64,000 nt of DNA from Paludibacter sp. (GCA_027450045.1 DAIDKM010000003.1:29187-93186); one strand, 5' to 3'. Shown: positions 43,102 through 54,272, counted from the stretch's first letter. Notes: a model not told the origin generated them from the sequence alone. Numbers and translations: made by a program.

Positions 43102-43677
43102 ATGAAACATGAACTTCCGGCGCTGCCCTACGCAACCAATGCCTTAGCGCCAAAAATCAGCCAACAAACTATTGAACTTCACTGGGGTAAACATGCCCAA
43201 ACGTATGTAAACAACCTGAATAACTTGATACCGGGAACTCCTTTTGAACATGCTTCTCTTGAGGATATCATTCTAAAAGCTGAAGGTCCTATTTTTAATA
43301 ATGGAGCGCAAACGTGGAATCATATTTTCTACTTTACCCAATTTGCATCGGTCCCCAAAGCAAAACCGGAAGGAAAATTGGCAGAGGCTATCGACAAAAG
43401 TTTTGGTTCCTTTGATACGTTCAAAGAACAATTTTCAAAAGCAGCCGTTGGTCTTTTCGGCTCAGGATGGGCTTGGTTAGTGAAAAAGGCTGACGGCTCG
43501 CTTGAGATTGTTCAGGAAAGCAATGCCGGTAACCCATTGCGAAAAGGAATGACACCTATTCTGACTTGCGACGTTTGGGAGCATTCCTATTACGTTGATT
43601 ACCAAAATCGCCGTGCCGATTATGTAGCTATTTTCTGGGATGTTTTGGATTGGAAAGTCATTGAAAGCCGTTTCTAA
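43102..43677 (+). CDS. sodB: Fe/Mn superoxide dismutase, Fe-type signature
   Basis: HWGKHAQTY, NNGAQTWNH (A-Q signature of Fe enzymes), FGSGWAWL and DVWEHSYY. Confidence 0.93.
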   Translation: MKHELPALPYATNALAPKISQQTIELHWGKHAQTYVNNLNNLIPGTPFEHASLEDIILKAEGPIFNNGAQTWNHIFYFTQFASVPKAKPEGKLAEAIDKSFGSFDTFKEQFSKAAVGLFGSGWAWLVKKADGSLEIVQESNAGNPLRKGMTPILTCDVWEHSYYVDYQNRRADYVAIFWDVLDWKVIESRF

Positions 43678-43699
43678 AAGCGCTTAAAAATCATCGCTT

Positions 43700-44215
43700 A
43701 TGATAAATCAGGAGATCGAAAAGAAATTGAACAAGCAAATCAACCTTGAATTTTGGTCGTCTCAATTGTATTTATCAATGTCTGCTTATTTCTCGGCCAA
43801 AGGGTTGCCCGGATTTGCACATTGGATGTTCATTCAGTATCAGGAAGAGGTGACACATGCGCTGAAATTCTTTAATTACCTGATTGAACGTGGGGGAAAA
43901 GTCATTTTGACACCTATCGCCGCAGTCAACACAGAGTGGGCTGCGACCCTCGACGTTTTCATGGAGACTCAAGCTCACGAAAAAGAGGTAACGGAGAGAA
44001 TCTATCAACTTGCCGATACGGCCATTGCCAACAGGGATCACGCGACGCAAAGCATGTTGCGTTGGTTCATTGACGAGCAAGTGGAAGAGGAAGCCAATGT
44101 ACAAGCCATTATTGACACACTCAATTTAGTACAGGACAATGGTTATGCCATCTACGGCCTCGATAAAGAATTGGCGACACGTGTCTTTGTCGATTCCACT
44201 CAAACAGCTCCGTAA
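43700..44215 (+). CDS. ftnA: Non-heme ferritin
   Basis: QINLEFWSSQLYLSM, EEVTHALK, HEKEVT and WFIDEQVEEE ferroxidase residues. Confidence 0.93.
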   Translation: MINQEIEKKLNKQINLEFWSSQLYLSMSAYFSAKGLPGFAHWMFIQYQEEVTHALKFFNYLIERGGKVILTPIAAVNTEWAATLDVFMETQAHEKEVTERIYQLADTAIANRDHATQSMLRWFIDEQVEEEANVQAIIDTLNLVQDNGYAIYGLDKELATRVFVDSTQTAP

Positions 44216-44285
44216 CTGATTTTGAATGAATACAAATGGCTCGCTTATCCTTTTTAGAATGTCAAACAAACAATATTAAACAGGT

Positions 44286-44319
44286 AAAAGTGCATAAAAA
44301 CAATATTTTATGCACTTTT
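44286..44319 (+). terminator. Perfect 14-bp inverted repeat (terminator or operator)
   Basis: AAAAGTGCATAAAA-ACAATA-TTTTATGCACTTTT followed by more T, 20 bp before the next ATG. Confidence 0.6.
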
Positions 44320-44339
44320 TTTAATATACAATATTTCAA

Positions 44340-46721
44340 ATGAAGCAGATTGTTCTCTCCATTCTTATTCTTTTTATCGGCTGCATATTTACCCAAGCTG
44401 AGAACCATTATTCTATCAAAGGGGTTGTTATTGATAAAACAACCCGTTCGCCTATTCCGTATGCCAATGTAATTATTTGGAACAGTTCGAAAGGCACAAC
44501 TACTGATTCGATAGGGAACTTTACAATAACCAATGTATTGCCCGGAACGTATCGATTACAAGCTACTTACATTGGTTATGCTACTAATACTACTCCCGAA
44601 TTCTTAGTGATAAATAACAAGAGTTTTGAAACCATTGAGTTGGAGGAAACAGGAAAAACATTGAAAGAAGTAGAAATCAAAGGAGTTGCCGGGCCATTTC
44701 GTAAAAGTGCAGAAAGTCCTCTTTCGATGCGAGAAATAGGGTTTACAGAAATCGAGAAGAGCGCAGGCTCTAATCGCGATATCTCCCGTGTTCTTGAATC
44801 CTTTCCGGGAGTTGCTTCTTCACCTGTCGGGTATCGAAATGATTTAATCGTACGTGGAGGAGGTCCTTCGGAAAATAGTTATTACATCGAAGGGGTGGAA
44901 GTGCCAACCATAAATCATTTTGCAACACAGGGAGCATCTGGAGGTCCTGTTGGTATCTTGAATGCGGAACTGATAAGCAATGCTGATTTTTATTCGGGAG
45001 CTTTTCCTGCCAACAGAGGAAACGCATTGAGCGCCATCTTAAATATAAAGTTAAAAGATGGTTCACCTACTTCTCACAACTATAGTGGCGTCGTGGGTTC
45101 TTCCGATCTTGGATTTAATACCGATGGCCATATTGGTAAAAAAATAACCTATCTCTTTTCGGCGCGTCAATCGTATTTGCAATATTTATTTAAAGCATTG
45201 AAGCTGCCTTTCTTACCGACTTATGTTGATAGTCAATTCAAAGTAAACATTAAATTCAACAAACATAACCAACTAACTTTATTAGGGTTAGGCGCTATTG
45301 ATCGCATGACACTTAATACAGATACTGCAGGACAAACCGATGGAAATAAATATATAGTTGCGACGTTGCCTATTATTTCGCAAAACACCTACACCGTAGG
45401 AGGTGTGTACAAACACTTTGTCGGTAATAATGTGCAAACGATCGTGTTGAGTCATGATTATTTTGAAAATAAGAACCTGAAATATCAGGATAACATTACA
45501 AATCCTAATAATGTCGTTTTAAATTATGATTCGTATCAAGCGGAGACAAGATTTCGTTTTGAGAATAGCAGCACCCTGAATGCTTTTCGTTTGGATGAAG
45601 GTATTCATGCAGAAATGGATCATTACTTCAACCAAACATCCCAACAGGTGTTCAGCAATGGAAATGCTTTCTTGCTTAACTACCTTACGCAGCTATCGCT
45701 TATACGTTGGGGAATCTTCGCAACAGGAACGTATAAAAGTCCCGATGAACGATTAACCCTTGCGATAGGTATTCGCACCGATGCTAACAACTACTCTTCG
45801 TCAGTGAATCAATTGTTGGGACAATTTTCGCCCCGTTTCTCTGTGTCATACAGACTGTTGCCTAAATTTTATATCAATGGAAATGTGGGCAGTTATAATG
45901 AACTCCCACCCTATACCGTTTTAGGCTACAAAAACAATGCAAATCAATTAGTAAACGAGCAGAATGATGTAAAATATCTTTTATGCAATCAGATGGTTGT
46001 TGGAGTTGAGCAACACCCAACCGACTATATCCGACTTTCTTTAGAAGGATTTTACAAACAATACCTGAATGGATTGATGTCGATTGCCGATTCTATCCCT
46101 TTGGCATCCGAAGGCGCTGATTATAATGTATATGGAACTCAAAGTGTAAATTCGACTGCAAAAGGAAGAGCTTACGGAATGGAGGCTTTAGCTCGCTGGT
46201 TTGGGTTTCAGCATCTCAATTTTATTCTCGCTTACACGTACGTGAGAAGTGAATACATCAGTCCGAAGACTGGGAACTATATTCCCTCATCATGGGACAA
46301 TCGCAATCTTTTTACCCTGACAAGTAACTATCAATTTCCAAGAAACTGGGCATTGGGCTTAAAATTCAGAGCCATTGGTGGATCGCCTTACACCCCTTAC
46401 GATTATGCAAAGTCGTCACTCAAAATTGCATGGAATGCACAAGATCGGCCCTATCTCAACTATGCGTTGTACAATACCCAACGACTTGCTACTTTTACAG
46501 AATTGGATTTACGAGTTGATAAAACCTATTTCTTTAAGAATTTGATGTTTGGGTTTTATATCGACATACAAAATGCACTAGGTACAACATATCGTGAAGC
46601 CCCTGTTTTATATAGCACTGGTGTTACTGATCCTACCGATCCTTCCCGCTATGTGATGAAATCATTACAACCGACAAGTGGGACCATTCTTCCATCCATA
46701 GGAATTATGGTTGAATTTTGA
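44340..46721 (+). CDS. TonB-dependent receptor with N-terminal carboxypeptidase-regulatory-like domain
   Basis: Signal peptide; plug DISRVLESFPGV, NDLIVRGGGPSEN and NHFATQG; C-terminal GIMVEF. Confidence 0.88.
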   Translation: MKQIVLSILILFIGCIFTQAENHYSIKGVVIDKTTRSPIPYANVIIWNSSKGTTTDSIGNFTITNVLPGTYRLQATYIGYATNTTPEFLVINNKSFETIELEETGKTLKEVEIKGVAGPFRKSAESPLSMREIGFTEIEKSAGSNRDISRVLESFPGVASSPVGYRNDLIVRGGGPSENSYYIEGVEVPTINHFATQGASGGPVGILNAELISNADFYSGAFPANRGNALSAILNIKLKDGSPTSHNYSGVVGSSDLGFNTDGHIGKKITYLFSARQSYLQYLFKALKLPFLPTYVDSQFKVNIKFNKHNQLTLLGLGAIDRMTLNTDTAGQTDGNKYIVATLPIISQNTYTVGGVYKHFVGNNVQTIVLSHDYFENKNLKYQDNITNPNNVVLNYDSYQAETRFRFENSSTLNAFRLDEGIHAEMDHYFNQTSQQVFSNGNAFLLNYLTQLSLIRWGIFATGTYKSPDERLTLAIGIRTDANNYSSSVNQLLGQFSPRFSVSYRLLPKFYINGNVGSYNELPPYTVLGYKNNANQLVNEQNDVKYLLCNQMVVGVEQHPTDYIRLSLEGFYKQYLNGLMSIADSIPLASEGADYNVYGTQSVNSTAKGRAYGMEALARWFGFQHLNFILAYTYVRSEYISPKTGNYIPSSWDNRNLFTLTSNYQFPRNWALGLKFRAIGGSPYTPYDYAKSSLKIAWNAQDRPYLNYALYNTQRLATFTELDLRVDKTYFFKNLMFGFYIDIQNALGTTYREAPVLYSTGVTDPTDPSRYVMKSLQPTSGTILPSIGIMVEF

Positions 46722-46810
46722 GAAGATGAGATGCAAACAAGGAGAAAATAAAGCCAGAAGTGATAGGAATTAGGGAAGATCAGCGGTTATAGCATGGATG
46801 ATTTGATAAA

Positions 46811-49800
46811 TTAATTTGGAACGGTTACGCTTACCACGTGTTTATTCGGAACATAACACAAATAAGCGGATACAGAATAGCCCATTTGTTCGATTAATTG
46901 TTTATAATGCAGCACCTGATCATGATGCTGCGTATTGGGAACGCCAAATTTATAATCAATGACCAGCACGTTGTCTTTATCGAAAACAACCCGATCTGGC
47001 ACATACGAATCTCCATCTGGCGTAAAGATAGCCACTTCATTCAGCGATTTCAGCGCAGGCGCAAACCAGTCACGTGTTTCAGGAATCGACCAGAAGTCGG
47101 CTAACATGCGTTCCACCTCAGTCTTCTCTCCCTGCGTTATGCGCCCAGAGCGTTCCAAATCGGCAACCACCTGATTTGCCTCATCAACATGTTGAATACG
47201 TCGCAGCACATCATGCATCAACAGCCCATAGTTAAGGCGCGATGGTTTGTCCGTGGTTTTTTGTTCCCAGAAATCTTTTGAATGAAACTTTACATCCAAC
47301 ACGCGATCGTGCGTAGAAGGCTGTCCATACGAATACGTCACTCTGTTTGTTTGAATGACTTCCTGTTTCGTTTGCGGGCAACTTCCCAATTCAAGGCGTA
47401 ATTGTTGTTCATCCCAGGCTGACGCTAACGAAATGTTTGGCGAGAGGTCTTCTGCCGAAGAGTCAACTTCATGTTCCTGTACAATACAATGATAAAGCAA
47501 AGACGAAAAGGTAGCAACTTCTTTCTCTGTCTTTTTGGGGCAAGGAGCAAACACCAGGAGCGCTTCTTTGGCGCGTGTCATTGCCACGTAAGCCACATTC
47601 AAGCTATCGATGAGGGTTGATGTCTTTTCTTCCAAATAATCACTTACAAAAATCGTATCAAGCAATTTTGAATTATAATTGATTGGCACTAAGGGTAATT
47701 CATCAAAAGGTTTGCTATTTGGTTCGCACCACAGCATCGCTTGCTGTTTATCCAATTTCCAATCGGTGAAAGGGAATACCACCACTTTGAACCCGAGTCC
47801 TTTCGACTTATGAATGGTCATCACGCGGATAGCGTGTGAAGATTCAGGCGAAGGAACTCTTTTCCGGGAGCCTTTGTCGTCCCACCATGCCAAAAAGGCA
47901 TCGATACCCATTGACTCCGAAAGCGAGAAATGATGCACCCAATCTTGAAATGCCTGCAAGAAAACAGCCTCTGTGTCAACTTTTGAAAAAGGTAGTAACC
48001 CGATAAGTGATTCCGTAAGCTCAAACAACGACCCATTACGTCCCTCTTTCACACAGCGCAAAACGGCTTGTTCAAACACTTCAAAATTAATACGTTGTTC
48101 TTCGCTTGGCAAAAAATAGGCAGTGACTTCAGCGCCCGATGCAATGTCATCGGAAATTTGAAAAAACAGCATGGCAATCTTTGCCCGTAACATAGCATCG
48201 CCGGGATGAAGTACATATCGCATAAGCAACACAAGCAACTGCACCGACTGCGCATTCCCAATAATCAAGGCCTCATCGGAAATTACATCGTACGAATAGC
48301 CAGTCTTTGCGTGTTCACTGTTTTGATACTGGAGCAGATAATTCACAATTTCAGTGGCTTCCACATTGCGTCTCACTAAGATAGCCATATCTCCGGGTTT
48401 GTAGCCGGCATCCTGCCATTTTTCGATCCATTCCACTAAACGTTCCAAAACCGCTTCGCGATACGCTTTCCCCTGTTCATCAATAAACTGGATGGTCACA
48501 CTGCCTTCCATTGCCGTATCAGGACATTGCTGTGCTATTTTATTGTAAGCATGGGTTATTTTGTCATATAAAGGCGCTATTCGCTCATCGTCAGTCCTGT
48601 TTTCAGGAATTAAGCCGCTCACCTGTTGCTGCAAGAACCCTGAAGCAATGGAAAAGAAGGTATTGTTGAAATTGACAATAGCGCGACCACTCCGCCAATT
48701 TTCATTTAAATACACTTCATGAATATGATCTGTGCCCACATCATTAAAAAGCTGTTTGTCGAGCAATTCCCAATTTGAATTACGCCAACGATAAATGCTT
48801 TGTTTAACGTCGCCTACCACAAGATTTTCGTTGCCGGAAGCCAAACTGTTCAATAGTAATGGTCGGAAGTTGAGCCATTGCAAATCGGACGTATCCTGAA
48901 ACTCATCTAACAATAGATGATGAATGTTCACCCCGATCTTTTCAAACACAAAGGGGGTATCGCTTCCATCCACAATTCTTGCCAAGAGTTCCGTCGTATC
49001 CGTTATCAATAACCTGTGCGTTTCGTCCGATTCAAGGCGTATTTGCTCATCAATATCCATTAGAATTCCCAATGCGTAGAGCTGTTTAAGTATCGTTTTA
49101 GCTGTCGCGTATGCACGATAGTGTATTTCAAAATGTTGTAAAATAGCTCCGATTGTATCATTAAGTCCTGTAAAGTAAAGAGATTCAATAAGCTCTTTTT
49201 GGGGCGTTGTTTTGGTAGTCCATTCACTGATTTGATTGTAGAGTTTAATGAATGAATTGGTTGGCGTTGAAATGTCTTTTCGGGCAAATTTCAAAAGCAC
49301 GGCAAAAGGACTTCTCGATTGTCCCTTAAAATCATATATCGTCAGTCCCTGTTTTTCTATGAGTTGCAACGCATGTTCAGCCTTTTGTGCCAACTGATGT
49401 TCAAAAACCGAAGTGATTTTTGTTAATGTAGTTTGATACGTCTCCAAAAACGTTTTATCAAGCAATTTTGCACGAATCAACGGGAACTTCTTTTTGAAAT
49501 CTTCTTTGAATAGTTCTTGCGCCAGGGTGCGAAGCTGGTATTTCAAATTCCATTTCTTCCCTTCTTCAATCTGGTTCGTAGTTAATCGCATTAACCAATC
49601 AAAAAGCTGTTTGTCCTCTTTCGAGTCAAGACGGGATAGCAAATCGTCAATTGCCTTATCTAAGATTTCCTCTGTTTCAATTTCAATGGAATAGCCGCCA
49701 TGCAAGCCGATTTCGCGGGCAAAATTGCGAAGCACTTGTTGAAAAAAGCGATCAATCGTGCTGACGGCAAAAAATGAATAATCGTGCAGAATCTCTTTGA

Positions 49801-50074
49801 GTAGCTGTTCTGCCCGTTGATTGATTTGTTGTGCATTCCAGGTGTATCGTAGCATCAATTCATTCCGAAAGTGGGATGATGCCCCACGCGCCAACCGATC
49901 AAGCTCATCTACGATGCGCAACTTCATTTCATCCGTTGCCTTGTTCGTGAACGTAACGGCTAAGATGCGGCGGTGCGCACCCGACTGGCGGTCATCAAAA
50001 AGCATTTGAATGTAATGTTGCGTCAGGCGAAAGGTTTTGCCTGAACCAGCCGATGCACGATAAAGCTGAAGCAT
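46811..50074 (-). CDS. UvrD/AddA-like helicase with C-terminal PD-(D/E)XK nuclease
   Basis: YRASAGSGKT, AVTFTNKAT, LLDEFQDT, VGDVKQSIYRWR, ENWRS, MTIHKSKGL, YVAMTRA and PDRV...IDYKFG. Confidence 0.92.
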   Translation of the reverse strand: MLQLYRASAGSGKTFRLTQHYIQMLFDDRQSGAHRRILAVTFTNKATDEMKLRIVDELDRLARGASSHFRNELMLRYTWNAQQINQRAEQLLKEILHDYSFFAVSTIDRFFQQVLRNFAREIGLHGGYSIEIETEEILDKAIDDLLSRLDSKEDKQLFDWLMRLTTNQIEEGKKWNLKYQLRTLAQELFKEDFKKKFPLIRAKLLDKTFLETYQTTLTKITSVFEHQLAQKAEHALQLIEKQGLTIYDFKGQSRSPFAVLLKFARKDISTPTNSFIKLYNQISEWTTKTTPQKELIESLYFTGLNDTIGAILQHFEIHYRAYATAKTILKQLYALGILMDIDEQIRLESDETHRLLITDTTELLARIVDGSDTPFVFEKIGVNIHHLLLDEFQDTSDLQWLNFRPLLLNSLASGNENLVVGDVKQSIYRWRNSNWELLDKQLFNDVGTDHIHEVYLNENWRSGRAIVNFNNTFFSIASGFLQQQVSGLIPENRTDDERIAPLYDKITHAYNKIAQQCPDTAMEGSVTIQFIDEQGKAYREAVLERLVEWIEKWQDAGYKPGDMAILVRRNVEATEIVNYLLQYQNSEHAKTGYSYDVISDEALIIGNAQSVQLLVLLMRYVLHPGDAMLRAKIAMLFFQISDDIASGAEVTAYFLPSEEQRINFEVFEQAVLRCVKEGRNGSLFELTESLIGLLPFSKVDTEAVFLQAFQDWVHHFSLSESMGIDAFLAWWDDKGSRKRVPSPESSHAIRVMTIHKSKGLGFKVVVFPFTDWKLDKQQAMLWCEPNSKPFDELPLVPINYNSKLLDTIFVSDYLEEKTSTLIDSLNVAYVAMTRAKEALLVFAPCPKKTEKEVATFSSLLYHCIVQEHEVDSSAEDLSPNISLASAWDEQQLRLELGSCPQTKQEVIQTNRVTYSYGQPSTHDRVLDVKFHSKDFWEQKTTDKPSRLNYGLLMHDVLRRIQHVDEANQVVADLERSGRITQGEKTEVERMLADFWSIPETRDWFAPALKSLNEVAIFTPDGDSYVPDRVVFDKDNVLVIDYKFGVPNTQHHDQVLHYKQLIEQMGYSVSAYLCYVPNKHVVSVTVPN

Positions 50075-50112
50075 AGAAGAAATGTTTGGCTACAAAGATA
50101 GTACAAAACAAA

Positions 50113-50141
50113 AAAGGACTTACCGTGTGAAGTAGTCCTTT
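50113..50141 (-). terminator. Intrinsic terminator after the Ser/Gly-rich gene
   Basis: AAAGGACT-N13-AGTCCTTT followed by a T run on the minus strand, 3 nt after the stop codon. Confidence 0.7.
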
Positions 50142-50144
50142 GCG

Positions 50145-50891
50145 TTAAAGTTTTGCGGATTGGCTCTTTTCTTTTTTTGTTTTTCGGTATTGTCTTGCAG
50201 CATAACCAAATGCAAAAAACAGCATCGGCCATGTGCCATCGCCAACAGGCATTGGTTCGCTGGGATCATTCAACCATCCATCACCGTTGTAGTTGCCATT
50301 ATTTCCTGTAGTGCCACCTTCATTGGTTCCTGTATTTGATGTTCCTTGTCCGTTGACAGCCGTCACTAGGCTGCTTTGAGGAAAGCCTACTGCAAACATA
50401 GCAAATCCGCCGGCAGAAGAGATTCCACCACTTGAAGAAGAACCACCTCCGGAACCGCCGCCTCCAGATCCACTCATACTGCCACCACCACCGATGGCAG
50501 CATTGCTTGCAAACTGAAAGGATAACCCTGAAGAGGCCTGAGGAGAAGACGCAGATGTTGTGCTGCCCGACATGGATGAACCAGATGATGATGTAAAATT
50601 CCACATGGAAGATGCACTGGAGCCTCCGCTATTATTTACAATGGGGTGGTGTGTTGTGACAATGCCGGAACCTTGATTAAAATCGTTATAATGATACAAT
50701 TGTCCGGCGTTTCCCCCCTGAATTGTAATGGGAGTTGGCGCGCTCGATCCTCCCATGAAAAGGCTCTTCAAAAACCGTAAGATAGGAGACAAAGATTGAT
50801 CGCCTTTATATGTCACAGAATAACCATTCATGCTGTTCAGTAGAAACAACAGCAGAATAAAGCAGAATCGATATTTTAGAAGCAATTTCAT
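50145..50891 (-). CDS. Secreted Ser/Gly-rich low-complexity protein with a PEP/PID-CTERM-like tail (probable start MKLLL at 50891)
   Basis: Signal-like N-terminus, S/G tracts, C-terminal PSEPMPVGDGTWPMLFFAFGYAARQYRKTKKEK; own -7 box at 50922-50929. Confidence 0.7.
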   Translation of the reverse strand: MKLLLKYRFCFILLLFLLNSMNGYSVTYKGDQSLSPILRFLKSLFMGGSSAPTPITIQGGNAGQLYHYNDFNQGSGIVTTHHPIVNNSGGSSASSMWNFTSSSGSSMSGSTTSASSPQASSGLSFQFASNAAIGGGGSMSGSGGGGSGGGSSSSGGISSAGGFAMFAVGFPQSSLVTAVNGQGTSNTGTNEGGTTGNNGNYNGDGWLNDPSEPMPVGDGTWPMLFFAFGYAARQYRKTKKEKSQSAKL

Positions 50892-51238
50892 CAATGTCAA
50901 AAAATGCAGTATTATCTTGTGCAAATATATGATTATTAGCAATATGAATAATCAAAACGATTATTACTACTGGAATAACTTTATGCTGTGCTAATATACA
51001 ACTAAACTCTAAATAATTTACAAAGGTAATTCTTTTATGAGGAAGTTTCAAATACAAAAATGTTTTTAACTTCTTTGCATCAATCATTTAAAGAAAAAAT
51101 TAGTCTCGGTATTTTATTCAAGAACAGTTTCAAACGAATCAAGCAGCTTGTTGGAAAAGTCGCAAATATACAATAGCTTTGCACAGAAATAGAGAAATGA
51201 GACACCAGATACATCTGAATCATAAAAATCAATTCGCC

Positions 51239-52117
51239 ATGCTATCAAGACAAACCAAGCTGAAAGGCCTGTTCTTCATTGTGGGATTATTGTTGATAAG
51301 TTGCGGGAATTCCGATCAACAAAAGGCACAAGACTATCTCAACAAAGCACAAGTGTATTATAATCAAAGCCATTACAATCAAGCTAAACTTGCTTTAGAT
51401 AGCATTAGTATCCTTTTTCCACAGTTAATTCCTATGCGTCAGAAGGCGGATACCATGATGTATAAAATTGAACTGCAAGAAGCCAAAAGAAATTTGCAGT
51501 ATGCTGACAGCGTTTTGGTGGTGAAGCAACAAATTGTTGATTCATTGGCACATCCGTTTTCCTATTCAAAAGATACAAAATATGATGAGATAGGTCAATA
51601 CACATATAAAGCTCAACAAACTACAGCCGATGCCACACGCACTTTTCTGAAACCAACTATTGATGAAACCGGAGTGCTAACGATTATGAGCATCTATTGT
51701 GGCGCTCCAATCGGACACACCACAGTGAAAGCCTCCACAAACGGTGTTTTTGCCGAAACCCTTCCTGCTGCTAAAGGCGACTGTTTCAGTTATTCAAATC
51801 TGGGGAAAACATGGGAAAATGTGAATTTTACTGGAAAAGCCATCAATGGTTTAGTGACTTTTATTGGCAACAATGTAAAATTGCCTATAACCATTTCATT
51901 GGAAGGTGGGAAACGAACGGTGAGTTATTTGATGCAACAAAAAGATAAAGAAGCTATTGCACATGCGTACTATTTATCGGAAGCGCTCAAAGAAGTTCAA
52001 CAATTAAAATTGAGTGTGTTACAAGCAAAACAAACCATTGTCATCACAAGCGGGCATCTCCATTTGGATGCCCGAACGATTTTGCAAACTGTCGAAGGAA
52101 AAACGACAATCAATTAA
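51239..52117 (+). CDS. Hypothetical lipoprotein with a TPR-like N-terminus (probable start MLSRQ at 51239)
   Basis: Lipobox LISC, helical [20 protein letters not shown] segment; -7 box TAGCTTTG at 51174-51181. Confidence 0.7.
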   Translation: MLSRQTKLKGLFFIVGLLLISCGNSDQQKAQDYLNKAQVYYNQSHYNQAKLALDSISILFPQLIPMRQKADTMMYKIELQEAKRNLQYADSVLVVKQQIVDSLAHPFSYSKDTKYDEIGQYTYKAQQTTADATRTFLKPTIDETGVLTIMSIYCGAPIGHTTVKASTNGVFAETLPAAKGDCFSYSNLGKTWENVNFTGKAINGLVTFIGNNVKLPITISLEGGKRTVSYLMQQKDKEAIAHAYYLSEALKEVQQLKLSVLQAKQTIVITSGHLHLDARTILQTVEGKTTIN

Positions 52118-52988
52118 TCCGCATCTTAGCAGCCAGCAACGTATTTTTCAACAATTCAACCCGTGTCATTGGGCCGACACCACCCGGCACAGGAGTTATG
52201 AAAGAGCATTTCGGAGCCACCTCGTCAAACTTTACGTCGCCGGTAAGTTTCCATCCACTTTTTGTTAGAGTAGAAGGCACGCGGGTAGTCCCCACATCAA
52301 TCACTACCGCGCCGGGTTTCACCATGTCAGCTTTCACAAATTCAGGTTGACCGATCGCTGCAATGAGAATATCGGCCTGACGACATATTTCGGCAATGTT
52401 CTTTGATCGGCTGTGACATACCGTTACGGTAGCATCGCCCGGATAGTTTTTTTGCATCATCAATCCTGCAACCGGTTTCCCGACAATGTTGCTGCGTCCG
52501 ATGACGACGCAATGTTTTCCGCTTGTTTCAATCTTATAGCGTTTCAATAATTCCAAAATGCCCGCGGGTGTTGCTGAAACTAATGAAGGGAGTCCAATTA
52601 AGGTTCGGCCCATGTTAATCGGATGGAATCCATCCACGTCTTTATTCGGGTCTATGGCTTCGATGATTCTTTGTTCGTCAATATGCTTAGGCAAGGGAAG
52701 CTGCACAATAAAACCGGTAATCGACGCGTCTCGATTTAACCGATCGATGGTGCCTAACAGTTCTTCTTCCGTCACATCGTCTTCATAACGAATCAAAGAC
52801 GATTGGAAGCCAACCTCCTGACAATCGGTTATTTTACTTGCCACATACGTTTCGCTACCGCCATCGTGACCCACTAAAATAGCGACTAAATGAGGCGCCG
52901 TTTCGCCATTTGCTTTCATGGCAAGCACTTCCTGTGCAATTTCTTGTTTGATTTGCGCTGAAATCAATTTTCCATCAATAAGCTGCAT
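52110..52988 (-). CDS. folD: Methylenetetrahydrofolate dehydrogenase/cyclohydrolase
   Basis: [34 protein letters not shown] and [11 protein letters not shown]. Confidence 0.97.
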   Translation of the reverse strand: MQLIDGKLISAQIKQEIAQEVLAMKANGETAPHLVAILVGHDGGSETYVASKITDCQEVGFQSSLIRYEDDVTEEELLGTIDRLNRDASITGFIVQLPLPKHIDEQRIIEAIDPNKDVDGFHPINMGRTLIGLPSLVSATPAGILELLKRYKIETSGKHCVVIGRSNIVGKPVAGLMMQKNYPGDATVTVCHSRSKNIAEICRQADILIAAIGQPEFVKADMVKPGAVVIDVGTTRVPSTLTKSGWKLTGDVKFDEVAPKCSFITPVPGGVGPMTRVELLKNTLLAAKMRIN

Positions 52989-53027
52989 AATGATATGAGG
53001 ATTTAATTAAACATTCAGAAAACAAAA

Positions 53028-53060
53028 AAGACCGATTGAATTCAGATTCGAAGCGGTCTT
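53028..53060 (-). terminator. Probable terminator between panB and folD
   Basis: AAGACCG...CGGTCTT stem with an inner GAAT/ATTC pairing, followed by a T tract on the minus strand. Confidence 0.55.
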
Positions 53061-53087
53061 GTAAAGGTAACACAAGCAAACAATCGA

Positions 53088-53909
53088 TTAGTATTGTTCT
53101 TTTGCGTTGGGAAAATCGCCTGATTTCACATCATTTGAATAATGTTGCACTGCATCAAACATGATGGTGTGCAAATCGGCATAACGACGTAAAAAACGGG
53201 GAGAAAAACCGTTGGTCATACCCAACATATCGTGAATAACGAGTACCTGTCCATCCACCTGACTGCCTGCTCCAATACCGATGATGGGAATCTTAAGTTC
53301 TGAAGCTACTTGCGCTGCTAGGGTTGCCGGAATCTTTTCCAAAACAATGGCTGAGCAACCTACCTCTTCGAGCAGGTGTGCATCGGATACCAAACGTCTT
53401 GCTTCTTGCTCTTCCCGGGCACGAACGGTGTAGGTGCCAAACTTATTGATGGATTGTGGGGTTAATCCCAAGTGTCCCATAATGGGAATGCCGGCAGAAA
53501 GAATTCGTTTCACGGAATCTAAAATCTCTTCGCCTCCTTCCAATTTCAAACAATCGGCGCCGGTTTCTTTCATAATGCGAATGGCCGATGCTAAGGCAAG
53601 TGTCGAGTTTCCCTGATAGGAACCAAAAGGCATGTCCACTGCGACCAAAGCTCTTTCCACAGCTTTCATTACCGAGCGCCCGTGATAAATCATTTCGTCG
53701 AGTGTCATAGGCAAGGTTGTAATATTACCGGCAATCACGTTCGAAGCCGAATCACCCACTAAAATCACATCGATCCCGGCTTGATCAACGATCTTAGCCA
53801 TGGTGTAATCGTACGCCGTTAGCATGGAAATTTTCTCCCCACGCTCTTTCATCTCAAAAAGACGATGTGTCGTCACTTTCCGAATTGGTTCAGCAGCATG
53901 TACAGACAT
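53088..53909 (-). CDS. panB: 3-methyl-2-oxobutanoate hydroxymethyltransferase (probable start MSVHA at 53909)
   Basis: [35 protein letters not shown] and IGIGAG..DGQVLV. Confidence 0.97.
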   Translation of the reverse strand: MSVHAAEPIRKVTTHRLFEMKERGEKISMLTAYDYTMAKIVDQAGIDVILVGDSASNVIAGNITTLPMTLDEMIYHGRSVMKAVERALVAVDMPFGSYQGNSTLALASAIRIMKETGADCLKLEGGEEILDSVKRILSAGIPIMGHLGLTPQSINKFGTYTVRAREEQEARRLVSDAHLLEEVGCSAIVLEKIPATLAAQVASELKIPIIGIGAGSQVDGQVLVIHDMLGMTNGFSPRFLRRYADLHTIMFDAVQHYSNDVKSGDFPNAKEQY

Positions 53910-54272
53910 AAAAAATAGGTATAATAATGAGCTGCAAAGGTACAACAGAAAGTAAGATTGTCGAAAGAAATCTCAGCAATTTTCATTGAAACAAATTCAA
54001 AAGAATAAATTCTCATGGAACAAAACCTGACAATTTATAAAGTAAGAAGATGATTTTGAGTTGCTATTTGTCCTGTTTTACCATGTTGTTGAAAAGGTTG
54101 TCGGCATCCGGCTAAAATCTTGTTTTGTTGTGATGCCTTTATTTTCGGAAATAAAGATAGGAATCCAATACCTCCCAAACAATATGTACACGTCCATATA
54201 CTTACATTAAATCCCCATAGGAATCGATCAAAATCCTCTACGTTAACATGAAAACCTATAGGATTTCCGCTA

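Noticed and set aside
50330-50700. DNA microsatellite in the Ser/Gly-rich gene
   Set aside because: Low complexity is at the amino-acid level with varied codons; no perfect nucleotide tandem repeat was seen.
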